From Podarcis bocagei (lineage: Eukaryota), in the NCBI GenBank assembly GCA_964188305.1, contig OZ076886.1: a stretch of DNA of 64,000 bases. The stretch is one strand, 5' to 3'. This document shows positions 24,465 to 37,871 of the stretch, in pieces (positions within the stretch are counted from its first letter, which is position 1; each line of letters begins with the position of its first letter). The notes under the pieces are model-generated. The model had not been told where the DNA came from. It saw only the letters and a program-made list of their open reading frames with translations, and did no database searches. Position numbers and translations under genes: made by a program.

Positions 24465-25325
24465 TAAAAAAATATTTTTAATTAGAAATTTCAACAAGAC
24501 ATTTTATCAAAAAGCATATCATCCTTAATTTTCCCCATTTCCCCCCCTCCCCATAAAGTAACCCCCCTCCCCCCTGGACTTCCCTCAGCTCCTCTCTCTG
24601 GTTTATCAACAAATGTTATTCTCTGCATGTCACAAAATTGTATAGATCCTTAATTTATCTACAGTGGTGCCTCGCAAGACGAAATTAATTCGTTCCGTGA
24701 GTTTTGTCGTCTTGCGATTTTTTTCGTCTTGCGAAGCACGGTGTCGGGAAAGTTTTGGAAAAGCTTCAAAAATCACCAAAGTCTTTAAAAACCTCAAAAA
24801 AAGGCTACCACACCGCGTTCTATGAGTTGCTCCTCAAAGTCAAGTCGCAACTGTATTAACGGTGTTAAGAAAAAGGAAACAAACTTGCAAGACGTTTCCG
24901 TCTTGCGAAGCAAGCCCATAGGGAAAATCATCTTGCGAAGCAACTCAAAAAACCAAAAACCCTTTCGTCTTGCGAGTTTTTTGTCTTGTGAGGCATTCGT
25001 CTTGCGAGGTACCACTGTAACTAGCTGTTATCAATAAAAAGTTTGTGAGTGTTTATTCAAAACCTGCCAAGGAGTCCAGTTCATTTTGTTGCTTCTTTAA
25101 GTACTTTGTAAAGGGTTCCCATTCATCTTTAAAGTCCCATAGTTTGTGTGTCAGTTTTGCCAATTCTGCATAATCCATCAGTTTTTCTTGCCATAGTTCT
25201 TTAGTCGGGATTTCCTCATTCTTCCATCCTTGTGCTATTAAGACTCTTGCCGCCATTGTTGCATACATGAAAATATTTTTCAGTTTCCTTGGCAGGTCTT
25301 TCCCTACAATCCCTAACAAACAGCA
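24465..25325 (-). mobile_element. L1 3' fragment with nested MITE
   Basis: LLGIVGKDLP..FMYATMAARVLIAQGWK..WQEKLMDYAELAKLT; poly-T end. Confidence 0.8.
24662..25017. mobile_element. Tigger-type MITE
   Basis: TA|CAGTGGTGCCTCGCAAGACGAA ... TTCGTCTTGCGAGGTACCACTG|TA; CpG-rich, so probably young. Confidence 0.9.
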
Positions 25326-27205
25326 TCTCTTCTTAAAGTGCCTAAGCCGGTGTTTATTTATTTTCCCTACTTCCATGTACTGCCATTGCCTGCATCTCAG
25401 ATGTGGCCCTTCACATTCAAAAGATCTGTAGCCAGATCTTTTTATACCTTTCCCAGGAAGAAGCCACTGGCTCTTTGACCCCGCACTGGCTCAAAACATT
25501 TTGTTGCCTGAGGCAGAGGTCAAGATGGTGATATACCCCTACCCCTCCAATTCCATGTACAGAAGCTGGCAAGACTGGTAGATCGATCGTATTTTAACAC
25601 CAGCAACAGGCTGTCCTCCTTCACTGCACCTGAGGGAAGGAGGCTAGTTTAGGAGCTGCAAGAAGGGCCTTATGGCCCAAACGGTTGTGTACACCTGAGG
25701 CAGCCACCTCCCTCTGCCTAACAGTAGAGCCCACCCTTGCCACACCCAAAGACACTGTAGACATACACTTCCATATACATGCTATATCTGCATTGCATAA
25801 AGCTTATCTGCATTGCACTGGTTGTTATGTATCTTCTTCATAAGCTAATGAGAAAGAGGGAGACTGAGGGGGAATGTTGTTTAGAAAGGAAAGCAGACCT
25901 AAATTATGGCACATTCGTCATCCACTAAAGTAGGATTGACAAATGCTAATTTGTTAATCCAGCAGAAGGCCAGAAGCTAAGGCAATACATTTTCAACAAC
26001 CATGTCCTCTTTTTTTAATGTGAACCCTTAATACCTGGGTAAAACACAGTCCTTCATCATGCTCTCCTCCCCTGTTCTTGTGCACTTTATTGACAGATAC
26101 ACTTAGAAGGAAGAAGCGGGATAAACTGGGACTATATGGCATGCTGAAGCAGCCACCAGTGAGTCAATCCTTTTGCTCTTCCGATCCCTGAAGGTAGCTC
26201 AGTAATCTGTTTAGAGTATTGTGAGGATGACATGGCTGTACTGGAAAGCCCTAAGGGCTTTGCGTCAAGTTACTAAAAGGACCGTTTCCTCTAACAGAAC
26301 CCTGTCCAAGCAATCACATGGGCTGGTGGGTGGAAACATGTCAGAATCTTCGCTTGTGAAATGCCCTGTCCCAGGAGAACCAACTGGAGAACCAACTGGA
26401 TCCCACCTTGATGGTTTTTCATTGTCACTTGAAGACCCTTTTATTCCCGGGGTTTGGGGTTTTTCCCTAGTTATACTGCAGCCTTCAGTCAAAGAAACAT
26501 CCAGGGCCATGTTTAGCAGTTCACAAGGTCTATTCTGACATGCCTCTGGCCTCTACAGCCACAGTAGGTTCTGTAACCTTCCAATAGCTTGACCTCACTC
26601 CCAAATACACACTCTTTCGGTATCTCCTGAGGCAGACAGATGCCAAAATGGCCTTGCTGGTGCCTGATTTTATTTTATCTACTTGTTTGCATTAACTGAT
26701 ACTTTTTAGCAGCTGTGCCTGTTTTGTTTTCATTTTGTTCTGTTATTATTCTTTAGGTTGAATGGTTTTTATTTTTGATGCGAGCCACCTTGGGCTACTA
26801 CAATGGAAAGAAGAAAAAGAGGAAGAGGGAAGAGGGCAGGGAGGAGGAGACAATGGCTGGGGCTAATGGGAGTTGTAATCCAAAACATCTGGAGGGCACC
26901 AGGTTGGCAAAGGTTGGTATAGTGTACACTGAGAAGGGCAAGTCCGTAATAAGTAGTCATGTTTTCCTTCAAATACCCAGTCAGCTTTCCATCTCACCAC
27001 TCCTGTGAATTTTGAAGGAAAGTGTTGATCTTTTAACATGTACTTTACCTGTCAGGCTACATATATATTTTAGTCTTGGGTATCCAAAGTTTGTGCTAAG
27101 GCAATAGCATGTCACTAAAATGTCTAAGCAGGGATGGGATGGGGGTATTCTGTCTTTCATTCTGTCTTTCCCAATGGTTACTTAGGTAGTAGGGAACATA
27201 CTATC

Positions 27206-27236
<31 letters not shown>

Positions 27237-27292
27237 TCTGTAGTTCTGAAAAGGATTAGGAGCCAATCACTGAGAGCATACTTTTTCTCATC

Positions 27293-27296
27293 TTTC

Positions 27297-27343
<47 letters not shown>
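27293..27343. repeat. (CTTT)n microsatellite
   Basis: Direct reading. Confidence 0.95.
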
Positions 27344-30300
27344 GAAGAGGCCTCTGTGGCGTTCAATGAAGTCACCTGCACTCCCAAACAAATGCACAAG
27401 CTTTGGTTTTACTGCTGAGTTCAGCAAAGAAGAACCGCTTTGCCCTTTGGGCAGTTTTGCAAGAATCTGTGCACATTGTTCAGCACTGTTGAGAAATGTC
27501 TTGGCCACTCCATCAGCCGGTGCAAAGGGAATGCATCGAGACAATAGTGAGGATGCCCTGCCATGCCTGCACACGCCCAGAGAACCTGCCTGTTACAGTT
27601 GGTGTAAGCAAAATATATGCCGCTTTGTAAAGATTAGATATCCCCAATTGCTGGATTTCCCATGGTTCAGTATCTATGCATACCTGGGGTTATCATTAGG
27701 GTAATTTGTTTTCTATGCATTTGCATCTTAGTACACACTATAATATGCTTACAGTGCTATTTGGTATATATGGATACACTGCACACTTACATAACATAAA
27801 CGAGGCATGTTAAACAAAGCAATTCAAAGATTTACCTCTCTGTCTCTCAAAAGCTGTGTGAGAATGCATTTGCAGTGAAAGAGGATGACTCACAGGTAGA
27901 CGGTTAAAGGTTAGAATGACGGTACCATGCGGTTCAACAATAGGAGCCAAACGCCCACAACAATAGAGGAAATGAAATTAGGATGACTCTATTCGGGATG
28001 TTTAGCCCATGAAAAAGCACCCCCTCATCCCATGGTAGGAAGTTTCATTTATTCCCTCTATTTCCATATTTCCAAAGGTCAAGGAATCCCAAGGAACCCT
28101 GAGATTCTAGCTGCTCATCAAGACTGTGGGCAAGAGAGCAGAAGCAATGGCACCTTGGGCAGGTCTGTTTTGCCACCATTTCCTAGAACAGAAATGGCAA
28201 AATTGGGAGTTGGGGAGAGCAGGGAATGCCTCCCACTGTTGTGGCTTCAGGAGAGCAGAAGGTAGTTCGGTTGAGCTAAAGAAATATGGCAAAGAGCCCT
28301 GGAAACAATTAATTCTTTATTTTATAATCTCATATGCCACACATTCAGTGAAACTATGGTAATGATAAGTGGTACATTACATTTATTTAACAATGGATCC
28401 TTTTATAGTAGGATGTTTGTAGGTGATGCAAAAGCACCATCTGTAAACACGCTAATGCTGTAGGTAGGTTTTTGTGCTGCAGGAGGTAAGATGAAGTGTA
28501 CAGTGATGATGATATTTTTCTCCAGTTCTTTTTCCAGTGAGCTCAGGGTGGCATAAATGGGTCTTCCTTTTATTCTCACAATAGCCCTGTGAGGTAGGCA
28601 AAGCTGAGAGACAGGGACAAGCCCAAGGCTACCTGGTCAGCTTTGTGGCCAAGCAGGTGTTTGAACCTGGGCTTCCCCAGTCTAATCCCAACACTTTACC
28701 TTCTACATGACATCAGCACTCACATAGTAATAGAATGGTTCATGTAGAAACCAGAGTTGGAGATTCACAGGTTTTGTCTTTAAGAAAATGAAAGCTTCAT
28801 GATTTCAGAGGTATGCTTGAAAGCATCATACTGTATCTCTATTAAGTTAAAGATCTAGGAACATACCGGTACATACAAAGACTACATTTTTTTTTTCATT
28901 TTAAAATGACACATCTTGCCCAATGTCAAGATTTCTTTCTTACCTTTTTTTTTTTTTTACATCTGCGGCTCGCTGTTCCAAATTAAATTACAGCATTAAT
29001 GCAATTCACACGGTTGCTTGGCATCCATCACTTTTTGAAAAAGATCGTCAATACTGCATTAGAGGAATATTATGCAGATCTACTCAAAAAGTTAGTCCCA
29101 TCGACCACATGTAAGGGAGTGAGCCCTGGTAAACAAAGCAGGGCTCACTTTTGAATAAACATGTGTCCAATTGTGATGACAATTTGCCTCCTTATAAAGT
29201 TTGAAATATATATCTGGTTATGACGCTTGGTGCTTAACATTTGCTTGCATCTGCTGCAAGGTTCTTTTCTAGATACCTGCAGGAGAAAAGTTCAAGTTCC
29301 TTTGGCATTTCATTGTCACATATATTTTTGACGTCTGCTAATTTAAAACAAACAAAAGTGCTCTTATAGTTGTCACTGCTCCATAACCCATCTCAGATGG
29401 ATAATTATTATGCAGTGGGAGCCACCATGACTTAGCTAAACTCCAGCCTCTCTCTGGGGTAAGCTGCCAGCATCAAATAACCCAAGGCATCAGGTTTATG
29501 CAGGACGGCAGGCAGGAACATGCACTGCACACCAACCCTTTGCTCTGCTTCTCTGTGCTGCACAGGTGAAGTCCCAGCCTGCCTCTCCTCTTTGTGCCAG
29601 TATTAACCCTCGCCTTTCCCCCTGCCCATTCCCAATTATTTTGAAACATTCCCCTCCTTTCTCATCTTTTATATATTTCTCCTCTACACACATTTAATTA
29701 TATCATTCTGCTCGTTTCATGACCAACCACCTCATGTTTGCTTTAATGTTATTTGGCGCGCCTCTTCTAAGGGTAGATGATATTCCTTTTAATAATGATG
29801 GAGCAGAATTAGTTCTTATGCACATCACTCCCCCCCCAAAAAAAAACTTCCAATCAATAGCTTGGTTTTAAGCATTTGCACAACTTTCTTCAGCCAAAAA
29901 GGCCCCTAAAGCAGGTTAAAGTTCATTAATGGTGTGGGGAGAGACACACACTCAAGCCCCACCCTGTCCTCAGGTTTATAATCTAAAAGGTACAACAGGA
30001 AAGGGGGAGGAGGATGGGAAGAGGGGAAAAGCATGTTTGGCACAAGTTCTGAAAGTCACCGTTCTTAGAACAACCAGAGAGGGTGGAAACAGTTCAGGTA
30101 GTTTGACTGGCTGATGATGCACTAGGCAACTGCTAACAGAGAGCCAAAGGCTGCAGTGACAGCATACATTTAATACACATTTAAAGCACATGACTTCCCT
30201 TAATGAATCCTCAGCACGGTAGTTCACACCTCACAGAGCTACAATTCTCAGCACCGTTAAGAAACTGTGGTTCCCAGGATTCTCTGGAGAAAGCTGTGTG

Positions 30301-31981
30301 CTTTAAATGGGTGGTGGGCATACACAGCCACTGGCCACTGATCTCTCACCTGACCACTAGTTGATTGTGTCACTGCGAGGCAGAGGAGGAGGTGGTGAGG
30401 AAGTTGGCGCAGTGAAAACGTACTAGCAGAAATGCCAGATTGGCTCAGTCTGTGTGTTTGCACCATGCCAACCTCACCGTGACCTCACCTGCTTCCCCTC
30501 ATCTCCTGGTAAGCAGCAGTGATCCAGCTGACATCACTTTCTGTACTGGGTTGTTGTTGTTGTTTTACTGTTACTATTGAGGTGGTTCTTGTTATGTTTT
30601 TAATTCTGTATTTGGATCTTGTTTGTAAATCACCTAGAGACTATATTAGATTGCTATCAGCATCAGCATCATCTTTTATAAAATATTTATGCGCTTTCTA
30701 ACATTGTTGTTACGCACCCTGAACTCCATCAGGAGGAAGGGTGAGGTCTAAGAACAATCAATCAATAAAACATAGATGAACAATGGAATTATTCACCAAC
30801 TCAGATAATGCTGTAATTGGGCCCCAAAAGTAATTTCTGCCACTCTTGTCTTGAGCCGTCATGCAGATTTCATTATCCTCTGAAGCATATAGGTGAGAAT
30901 GATCTCATTCCTGGAGCCTCAGCATGCTGACACAAGGACATTTGTGGAACTTTTATCTTTTCCTGCTTCCTTCTCTTTTGATTCTCTGGCTGGCGCATCC
31001 CAAATAGGGCTGCAGGGATGGAACACAGCTCCCAGTGCCAAAAGATGGAGATGACATAAGAGTTTATGGAACAGACGGAGGCTGATTGGCTGAAGGTGAG
31101 CTAATGGCTTATGAGTGAGATCTAGTCAAGTAAGATGCATAACCCGTAGCCAAGTCATCTGATGGTGACATCTACAGTTGGGTTGTATCCCATCTACCCC
31201 ACTCTGGGAGAGCAGCGGTCATGGTCCATCACCCTGTCGCATCTCACTCTCAGAGATAAGAGAGACTGTGTGTCACCTTGCTGCTGGTGCCAACAACTTC
31301 ACTGCATGCATGACTGCATCCCCACCAAGGTCTTTGCTCTACCAGACTTTGTCAGAGCATCTTTCTTCTCCCATCAGGGTCCCATCTGTTTCGAGGAGTG
31401 ATGACATTCCCCCTCAGCATGACGTTGGCAATCCCAACTTGCATGAAGCCTTCTGTTTCGCCGAGTTCCTGAAGTCATCGTGGCTCCAGATGGCCTCGTA
31501 TACGGATGACTTCATCCTTTTCAGCACAAAGTCATTGCGTGCACTGCATTGTGGGACTAGGAAGCAACACTTACATTTATTTATACTGGACTCTCTAGAA
31601 TGCCAGAGGGAAAGTGATGCTGGTGAAGGAAGATCAATGATCAGGATCACTTCACACATGATATACTTCCAATGTAGAAATCACCTGCATGCATTCTGTG
31701 TATATGCCCCCCTTTGTAATGAAGCTATGAGGATATGCTTTTGTTGCCTGTGCATACCATTGAGTTTCTGCTTTGTGGGCATGCATTCACACATGCATGT
31801 CCTTGGACAGACCCATACCATACATTTAAGGCATACTTAACACACATTTAAAGCACACAGCTTCCCTCAGGGATTCCTGGGAATGGTAGCTTCCCTTTCC
31901 ATAGCTACAATACACAGCACCCTTAACAAACTACAGGTCCCAGGATTCTTTGGGAGAAGTCACATGCTCTATATGTGCAGT

Positions 31982-32215
31982 AGAATCATAGAATTATAGA
32001 GTTGGAATAGACCACAAGGGCCATCGAGTCCAACCCCCTGCCAAGCAGGAAACACCATCAGAGCACTCCTGACATATGGTTGTCAAGCCTCTGCTTAAAG
32101 ACCTCCAAAGAAGGAGACTCCACCACACTCCTTGGCAGCAAATTCCACTGTCGAACAGCTCTTACTGTCAGGAAGTTCTTCCGAGTGTTTAGGTGGAATC
32201 TTCTTTCTTGTAGTT
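31982..32215 (-). mobile_element. CR1 LINE 3' fragment
   Basis: AGAATCATAGAA..GAGTCCAACCCCCTGCCAAGCAGG..AAATTCCACTGTCGAACAGCTCTTACTGTCAGGAAG. Confidence 0.88.
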
Positions 32216-32853
32216 GGTTTTTTTTTTAATAAATATTTTATTAGGTTTTAAGAAGTTTAGAAAAATACAAAGACACAGAAAATACAAAATTACAGAATAC
32301 AAAAATAAGCACATTAAACACGAAAAAAGAAAAAAGAAAAAGCACATATAGAAAAAAAAATTCCCTCATTCTTAATTTCTCATCTTTAGTTAACTTATTT
32401 TCCTGACTTCCTCATGTCTCCCGTTCTTGTATCCTTTTTAATATTTAGTTCAGCAAATTCATGTCCTATTAGTTTATCTATTATTAATCCAATCTTACTT
32501 TTTACCATGTTGCTAGAACCCCTGCGATTCATTTCAATGTCATCAGCATTCAAAAATTTTACAATATTTCTGCAGATAAATTTTAAATTTCCTCCAATCT
32601 TCTTCCACTAACTCTTCTCCCTGGTCTCGGATTCTGCCAGTCATTTCCGCCATCTCCATGTAGTCTATTAGTTGGATCTGCCAGTCTTCCAAGGTGGGTA
32701 GGTCTTGTGTCTTCCAATGCTTTGCAATGAGGATTCTTGCTGCTGCTGTAGCATACATAAAAAAAAGTTCTGTCCTTCTTTAACACCGATTGGTCCACTA
32801 TGCCCAGGAGGAAGGCCTCTGGTTTCTTCGGGAAAGTATATTTAAATACCTTT
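32216..32853 (-). mobile_element. L1 3' fragment inserted in CR1
   Basis: MYATAAARILIAKHWK..WQIQLIDYMEMAEMT; TSD TCTTCTTTCTT(G/C)TAGTT at 32199-32215 and 32854-32870. Confidence 0.85.
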
Positions 32854-32903
32854 TCTTCTTTCTTCTAGTTTGGGTCCATTTGAGAACTGTACACAGTAGG
32901 TGT

Positions 32904-33436
32904 ACAGTTCTCAAACTTGGTTCTCAAACTTAATCTGTTCCAGAAGTCCATTCCAAAACACAAGTGTTCCAAAACCAAAGTGTGCTTTTCCATAGAAAGT
33001 AAAGCAAAATGGATTAATCCATTCCAGACTTTTAAAAACAACCCCTAAAACAGCAATTTAACATGAATTTAACTATCTAATGTGACCATTGATCCATAAA
33101 ATGAAAGCAATAAACAATGTACTGCAGCCACACAATCTATCAATCTATCAGTAGCTGAACTGGGTTCCACACAGTCACAAAAAGAAAAAGAGCCACAAAA
33201 ACAAAAATGCGAAATAAATAGCAAAAACAGACAGACCTCGGCATAACACTCAAAACGGAAGCATAACACTCAAATTGGAAGTGTAACACTCAAAATAGAA
33301 GTGTGGTACTCAAAACGAAAGCGGAACACTGAAAACGGAGCATGTTTGGCTTCCAGAAAAGTTCACAAACCAGAACACTTACTTCCAGGTTTGCAGTGTT
33401 TGGGTTCCAAGGTGTTTGAGAACCAAGGTACCACTG
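32904..33436. mobile_element. Tigger-type non-autonomous element with rearranged left end
   Basis: Right TIR TTTGAGAACCAAGGTACCACTG|TA; internal ~20-bp tandem repeats 33240-33330. Confidence 0.75.
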
Positions 33437-34169
33437 TACTTTAAATGTATGGTGTGGATCTGCTGCTTGTCTCATATGTACATGGATTATGCAGATTTTA
33501 TTGAATAGAGGTGCAGCTGATGAAGTGAATTGTTCATGCAGCAATCAATTTTATAGCCTTTATGATGCTATAAGATTCTTGTTTTTATACAGTTATATCT
33601 ACATAGTTTATATCTTGTTATCTTTTGTTCTACAGTCTACAGTTTTGGGCCTGGGATTTTCTATATAAAGCAGGCAGCAGGAATGCAATGTTTGTCACTT
33701 AGTCACTCTCCTAACTTCCTTTCTGTGTCTTCATTCTCAAATTCTATTTTCTGCTAATATTAATATTAATTAAATATGAATTGTGCCAACAGCTGAGCAG
33801 ATGTTCTTCTAATTAAGCACCTGCCATTTGCATTCAGTTGCTGCTAATCAAACCGACTCCCACACATGGATGGAACAATTTCCTCTTAAAACCAGCCCAA
33901 CTATGAAAGCAATCAAAGGTGGTAGGCCTCAAAACTTTTTATTGCTTTCTCAGCGCCATCAAATTTTAGAGTTGGAAAGTAGCTTTGAAGTCATCTGATC
34001 CAACCCCTTGCTCAGTCCAGGGTCTACAATGTAAGATGTAATTACGGTATCCCTGACAGATGGCTGTCTAGCCTTCTCTTTCCCATCAAAGGAGAGCCCA
34101 CCATCACCAGAGGTTGCCTGTTCCAATGCTGAACAGCCCACAACAACTGGATTTTATTTGATTGGCACA

Positions 34170-34636
34170 GAAGAGCCAGAGAGCAAGTACGATATGAATT
34201 AATTTTATTTATTATGAATTTTATTATTTCAGTCCAGCCTACATACAATATCAAGGAAGTCATAGGGATACATTTGAATTTGCAATTAGGTATAACAGGG
34301 ACAATACAGATATAACAACAGCTAAAAAATATATAAATTAAAACTTAGTCACTAACATATAACCTAAAATTATCATTTAAGGCCTTAATCATTATGATAG
34401 CACAGCTTGTTCTTTACGTTTTATGGCAATTGCACAGAATTTGGCTACCTTTAACGTGATCTTAGGATCCTTGTCTTCTACCAGGGATTTTAGACATTGA
34501 AGTTCGGACACATTTGGAGATTTTTGCATAGCTGGGGTAATAAATACCGAGCGTATATCCCCATAGAAACGGCAGCATAACAAGGCATGGGAGACAGTTT
34601 CTACCTCCATCAAACCACAGGGCCAGACTCGTTCAA
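34170..34636 (-). mobile_element. Non-LTR retrotransposon 3' end with CCHC-like motif (clade uncertain)
   Basis: ERVWPCGLMEVETVSHALLCCRFYGDIR, followed by an AATAAA-rich tail. Confidence 0.55.
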
Positions 34637-36029
34637 GTACAATATGGTGGTTAGAGTGTTGGGCTAAGATCAGGGAGACCAAGGATCAGATCCCCACTCA
34701 GCCATGAAGTGGGTGACCTTCGACTGGTCATGTTCTCTCAGCCTAACCTACTTCACAAGCCTATTATGAGGATAAAACAGGGAAGGGGGGGGACTGTGTA
34801 TGGCACCTTAAGCTCCATGGAGGAAAGGTGGTGTATAATGTAAACCTGAACAATAAATAAATAAAGGTGGGTTGGTGGACAGAAGAAGAGTTCTGTTGAA
34901 TCAGGCTAAAGGCACATCTAGTCCAGCATTCTGTTCCCACAGTGACCAACCAGATGTCTAAGGGTGCCCACGAGGCAGGACCTGAGTGCAACAGCCCTCT
35001 CCCCACTTCTGAGTAGCATTCAGAGACCCCCTGCCTCTGACGGTGGAGGCAGAACATCGCCATCACAGCTAGTAGCCCTGATGCTTTTGGTCAGCTGCCT
35101 CCATTTAGTCAGGAGAATGAGCTCAAGTAGCACTATTGAATTCATTTATTATATTAATTCATTGGGTTAAACATTTCTGCTCCCTGTAAAATGCACGTTT
35201 CTTCTTTGTGTGAATTTTTCACTCCTCTTATTGAAACTGAATGAGAGTTGGAAGGGAAAGCGAAGGTGGAGGAAGGCACCGACGACAGGAGACAACCAAT
35301 ATGACATTCTCCCATCGCCATCCAAGTCACACAGAGTTGATGACCTCAGCCAGAATGCAGGTGACGGGCGTCCAAATGGAAAATATTGCAGGGCAGAGGG
35401 CAACTTCTGTATCTTGATGTGCAGGGAAAGCTCTTTCTAGTACAGCTAAATCCTAGCACAGTGGCAAATTTGGTCATGGGGTTTCTGTGGGACTGACCGC
35501 AATGTTGGGGAGGTGCTTGCAACTGACATGATTCAGTTTGCCAGGAATCCTTCAGGTCTTTCATCTTCCCCTACAAAAGGAGTCTGCAGTGAGAAGCACA
35601 GATGTGGCAGAGAAAATTGCTCTGCACCATGCAACCCTCTCAGAAGCTTCTAAGTGCTAGCTAGGTTTGCTGACACATCATCCATGCATGCTGGCACCCA
35701 GAGGCCTCTGGAGACTCTGCCCAAGCATGCAGATCTACCCACTCACTTCCTCCTTTTCTGTTGCCCTGGGCACAGCACATGGCCTGCTGAGGGAAGCCCC
35801 ATAGGTTAGAAACAACTGTTCGCATATGACTCTCTTCAGACTCTTTTCCTGCAATGGAAAGAATTGCAAAATGAAAAGGGCTGGTTGTTAGTTTTGATCC
35901 GCTACTATCAAATGCCCTTTACTGAACCTTCTATATAACGCCTGTCATATTTGTGCCTTGACTTGTGAGGTTTTGCATTTAAATTGCAACATTCCTTAAA
36001 GATACATATAACATCTATGCCATTCATTT

Positions 36030-36380
36030 AAATAATAATAATATTTGATTTTACATATTTAAGTTTATAATCATACCATAACACATCGAAAGTTACAAGA
36101 TTCCCCCGAATCTCTGGACTTCCCACCTTCCCATCCTTTTCTACTGCATCTTTTTAAAAATTCCCCACCCCCTGCCGCCAAATTATAACTCCATTGTGTC
36201 CATATTTCTCATTACGTTACAAGTGTTAATGCAGTCCTGCTAATGTTTTCAGCTGCTTACAGTGGTCTTCAAGGTCAATTATAATTTTTTCCCATTCCTT
36301 ATTAAAGTTTTGGTCTTCCTGGTTCCTGAGCCTCCTGGTCAGGTTTGCCATTTCAGCATAGTCCATAGTCCATTTGCCAT
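36030..36380 (-). mobile_element. L1 3' remnant
   Basis: MDYAEMANLTRRLRNQEDQNFNKEWEK. Confidence 0.7.
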
Positions 36381-37595
36381 TCTTCTCTGGTAGGGACTTC
36401 TGTCTTCTTTCCATCTCTGAAGCCATTCATTTTTCTTCCTTCATCTCTTTGCACACATGTGCAAAGATAAACGAGGTCCAAAGGAAACCCTGTCTATCAT
36501 CTATCTACTTATCTAGCTAGCTAGTTAATTATCTATCCTTCTTGCCTATTTCATACTCTTACAGCACCATTCAGGCATAAAACAGAAGTATGATCAGGAT
36601 CAGCAGAACCCTGACCCTTGCAGAACATAAAATAATAAGAAAATAAAAATCCGGGGAGGATTAGAAACCCTGAAGGTGAAAATCCACACACCCCACAGCT
36701 GCCCGGTGAGGAATGCTGACAGAGGCTGCTAGGCAAACAACAGTAATAACAATAACAACAGGTTTAGGCCTGCTTATAGGACTGAATCTGCTTTGGTTAA
36801 CCTTTATTGGGATAAGGACAGGAGGAGAATGTATAAAAGCCCTGTACAGCTTGGGACCAATGGTACCTAAAAGATCTTCTCACATCTTATACACCCAATC
36901 AATCCCTGCCCTCTGCAGGTGTGGGCCTCCTGCAAAGACCACCTTAACAGGAGATCAATTCTGCACAATGTAGGAATTAGTGCTGTGACACCTACCCTTT
37001 GTAATTCCACCCCCAGGCAGATTTAGGGTGGGGTGACTGGGTACCAAGCCTAGGGGGTGTCACAGGGCACTGCAACTATGCCGTAGGGAATTGAGCAGCA
37101 TGGAAGGCGAGAGGCATGGGGTGGCATATTTATTTTGCCTCATAGAGGATGCTGCTGAAATTTGAAAGATCAAAGTCCACCTCTGTCCCTCCCCATGAAT
37201 ATTAGGCAGGCACTGCCTTGCTGATACCTGATGAAGAGCTTCCTCCTTCAGCAAGCCTTTTAAGCTGAGATCTTTCCCAGTTCACATCTGTATTGGCATT
37301 GTTTCCCCTCCAGTCCAGATAGTCTGGTCCTAAGTAGTTCAGAACCTGATGAGGTCACAAGGACTTAGCTTAGGAGCCAGTGCAATTCCTTTAGCAAAGG
37401 GCATGCTAGCCACTGCATTTTGCACCAGCTGCAGCTTCCGAACCAACTTTAAGGGCTGAGTCACATACAGCACATTGCGATAATCCAGTCTTGAGGTAAG
37501 TAATGTGTGGCTCACTGTGGCTTAAGATGTCTCTGCCCGGGAAACGGCAAAGCAGGAACATGATACAAAGCTGCTCCAGGCCACCCACACACCCG

Positions 37596-37871
37596 AGAGA
37601 GCCAGTGTGGTGTAGTAGTTAAGAGCGGTAGACTCATAATCTGGTGAACCGGGTTCGCGTCTCCACTCCTCCACATGCACCTTGGGCCAGTCACACTTCT
37701 CTGAAGTCTCTCAGCCCCACTCACCTCACAGAGTGTTTGTTGTGGGAGAGGAAGGGAAAGGAGAATGTTAGCCGCTTTGAGACTCCTTTGGGTAGTGATA
37801 AAGTGGGATACCAATTCCAAACTCCTCCTCCTCCTCCTCCTCCTCCTCCTCCTCCTCTTCTTCTTCTTCTT
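37596..37871 (+). mobile_element. Squam3-type tRNA SINE with (CCT)n(CTT)n tail
   Basis: Near-identical to 19434-19716 in the opposite orientation. Confidence 0.85.

Noticed and set aside
26265-26552. Minus-strand terminal coding exon (RPEACQNR..PVGSPVGS..LLVT*) with an in-frame 12-bp duplication
   Set aside because: Weak acceptor, no compatible upstream exon found, peptide unrecognised
33240-33330. CRISPR-like array of ~20-bp repeats
   Set aside because: No unique spacers; internal minisatellite of a Tigger-type element in a eukaryotic genome
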